DNA of 63,649 bases, counting the filler, from Octopus bimaculoides (Eukaryota): assembly GCF_001194135.2 (NCBI RefSeq). It is 6 parts of 6 records of this genome, joined end to end, with 100 filler letters (N's around TTAATTAATTAA, not from the genome) between each part and the next. Parts side by side here need not be neighbours in the genome. Positions count along the whole stretch, not along the records: positions 61,510 to 63,649 come from NW_026305767.1; 5 more parts are not named here. The stretch is one strand, 5' to 3'. Shown in pieces: positions 62,010 through 63,649 of the stretch (its first letter is position 1; every line of letters begins with the position of its first letter). The notes under the pieces were generated by a model, which was given only the letters and a program-made list of their open reading frames with translations, did no database searches and was not told the DNA's origin. The translations under genes and the position numbers were made by a program.

Positions 62010-63267
62010 GTCTGTCTGTCTGTCTATCTGTCTGTCTGTCAATAGCATCTTTATACATGCACATGTGTTCGACGAGTGTTTAAATTTGTGAACGTGCCGT
62101 ATAGATTCTTCCTGTGTTCATAATATTTATATATATGCATATGTACACATACATACATACATACATACATACAAACATAATATATACATACATACATACA
62201 TACACACACTCATACACACACATATTCCTATATATATATATATATATATATNNNNNNNNNNNNNNNNNNNNNNNNNNNNNNNNNNNNNNNNNNNNNNNNN
62301 NNNNNNNNNNNNNNNNNNNNNNNNNNNNNNNNNNNNNNNNNNNNNNNNNNNNNNNNNNNNNNNNNNNNNNNNNNNNNNNNNNNNNNNNNNNNNNNNNNNN
62401 NNNNNNNNNNNNNNNNNNNNNNNNNNNNNNNNNNNNNNNNNNNNNNNNNNNNNNNNNNNNNNNNNNNNNNNNNNNNNNNNNNNNNNNNNNNNNNNNNNNN
62501 NNNNNNNNNNNNNNNNNNNNNNNNNNNNNNNNNNNNNNNNNNNNNNNNNNNNNNNNNNNNNNNNNNNNNNNNNNNNNNNNNNNNNNNNNNNNNNNNNNNN
62601 NNNNNNNNNNNNNNNNNNNNNNNNNNNNNNNNNNNNNNNNNNNNNNNNNNNNNNNNNNNNNNNNNNNNNNNNNNNNNNNNNNNNNNNNNNNNNNNNNNNN
62701 NNNNNNNNNNNNNNNNNNNNNNNNNNNNNNNNNNNNNNNNNNNNNNNNNNNNNNNNNNNNNNNNNNNNNNNNNNNNNNNNNNNNNNNNNNNNNNNNNNNN
62801 NNNNNNNNNNNNNNNNNNNNNNNNNNNNNNNNNNNNNNNNNNNNNNNNNNNNNNNNNNNNNNNNNNNNNNNNNNNNNNNNNNNNNNNNNNNNNNNNNNNN
62901 NNNNNNNNNNNNNNNNNNNNNNNNNNNNNNNNNNNNNNNNNNNNNNNNNNNNNNNNNNNNNNNNNNNNNNNNNNNNNNNNNNNNNNNNNNNNNNNNNNNN
63001 NNNNNNNNNNNNNNNNNNNNNNNNNNNNNNNNNNNNNNNNNNNNNNNNNNNNNNNNNNNNNNNNNNNNNNNNNNNNNNNNNNNNNNNNNNNNNNNNNNNN
63101 NNNNNNNNNNNNNNNNNNNNNNNNNNNATATAATATATGTATATAGGTGTGTTGATGCAAAAATAGAACTCTAACCATATATACATCTCTGTCTCTCTAT
63201 CTATCTATCATCTATCTATATGAATGTATAGATATATATATACGTGCATATATATATATATGTATGC

Positions 63268-63298
<31 letters not shown>

Positions 63299-63430
63299 TA
63301 CATATATATACATATATATATATATGTATGTATATATATATGCATATATATACATATACATATATATGTATGTATGTATATATTTATATATATAAACACA
63401 TACATGCATACATACATACATACGCACGCA

Positions 63431-63484
<54 letters not shown>

Positions 63485-63649
63485 CACATATATGTTCATA
63501 ATTAGCAGAAGCAACTGAATGACTCGAAGGTGGAAATCTTCGTGCTGTAGCTCTTATATGTATATTTCTTTGTGTGTGTATGTGTGTGTGCATACACAGT
63601 ACACACTGACATACGCATGTCCATGCATGTATAGATAATTGTATATATA

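Overview
AT-rich, gap-ridden eukaryotic DNA dominated by microsatellites and retroposons. The SINE families and repeat landscape look like an Octopus (cephalopod) draft assembly; this is inference from recalled repeat sequences, not a search. No host gene, rRNA, true tRNA gene or CRISPR array can be supported, and nearly all ORFs in the track are microsatellite or N-gap artefacts. The window does support: (1) dozens of tRNA-derived SINEs from at least 3 families, including a head-to-tail array at about 33.8-36.2 kb; (2) five divergent, 5'-truncated R4/Dong-like (restriction-like endonuclease) non-LTR elements, all on the minus strand and mostly anchored in (ATT)n tracts that are SINE tails; (3) a fairly intact but broken Gypsy-order LTR-retrotransposon pol (46.6-48.8 kb), plus older Gypsy, CR1, RTE and hAT relics visible only by hand translation; (4) mariner-, Tc2-, piggyBac- and foldback-type MITEs and Helitron-like ends; (5) short repeats carrying minimal hammerhead-ribozyme-like motifs of the Penelope type, one with an intact core (31039-31081) and one family with a shared non-canonical CUGUY core. 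The best leads are the Dong-into-SINE-tail stack and the hammerhead-bearing repeats. TTAATTAATTAA inside N-runs is an assembly spacer.
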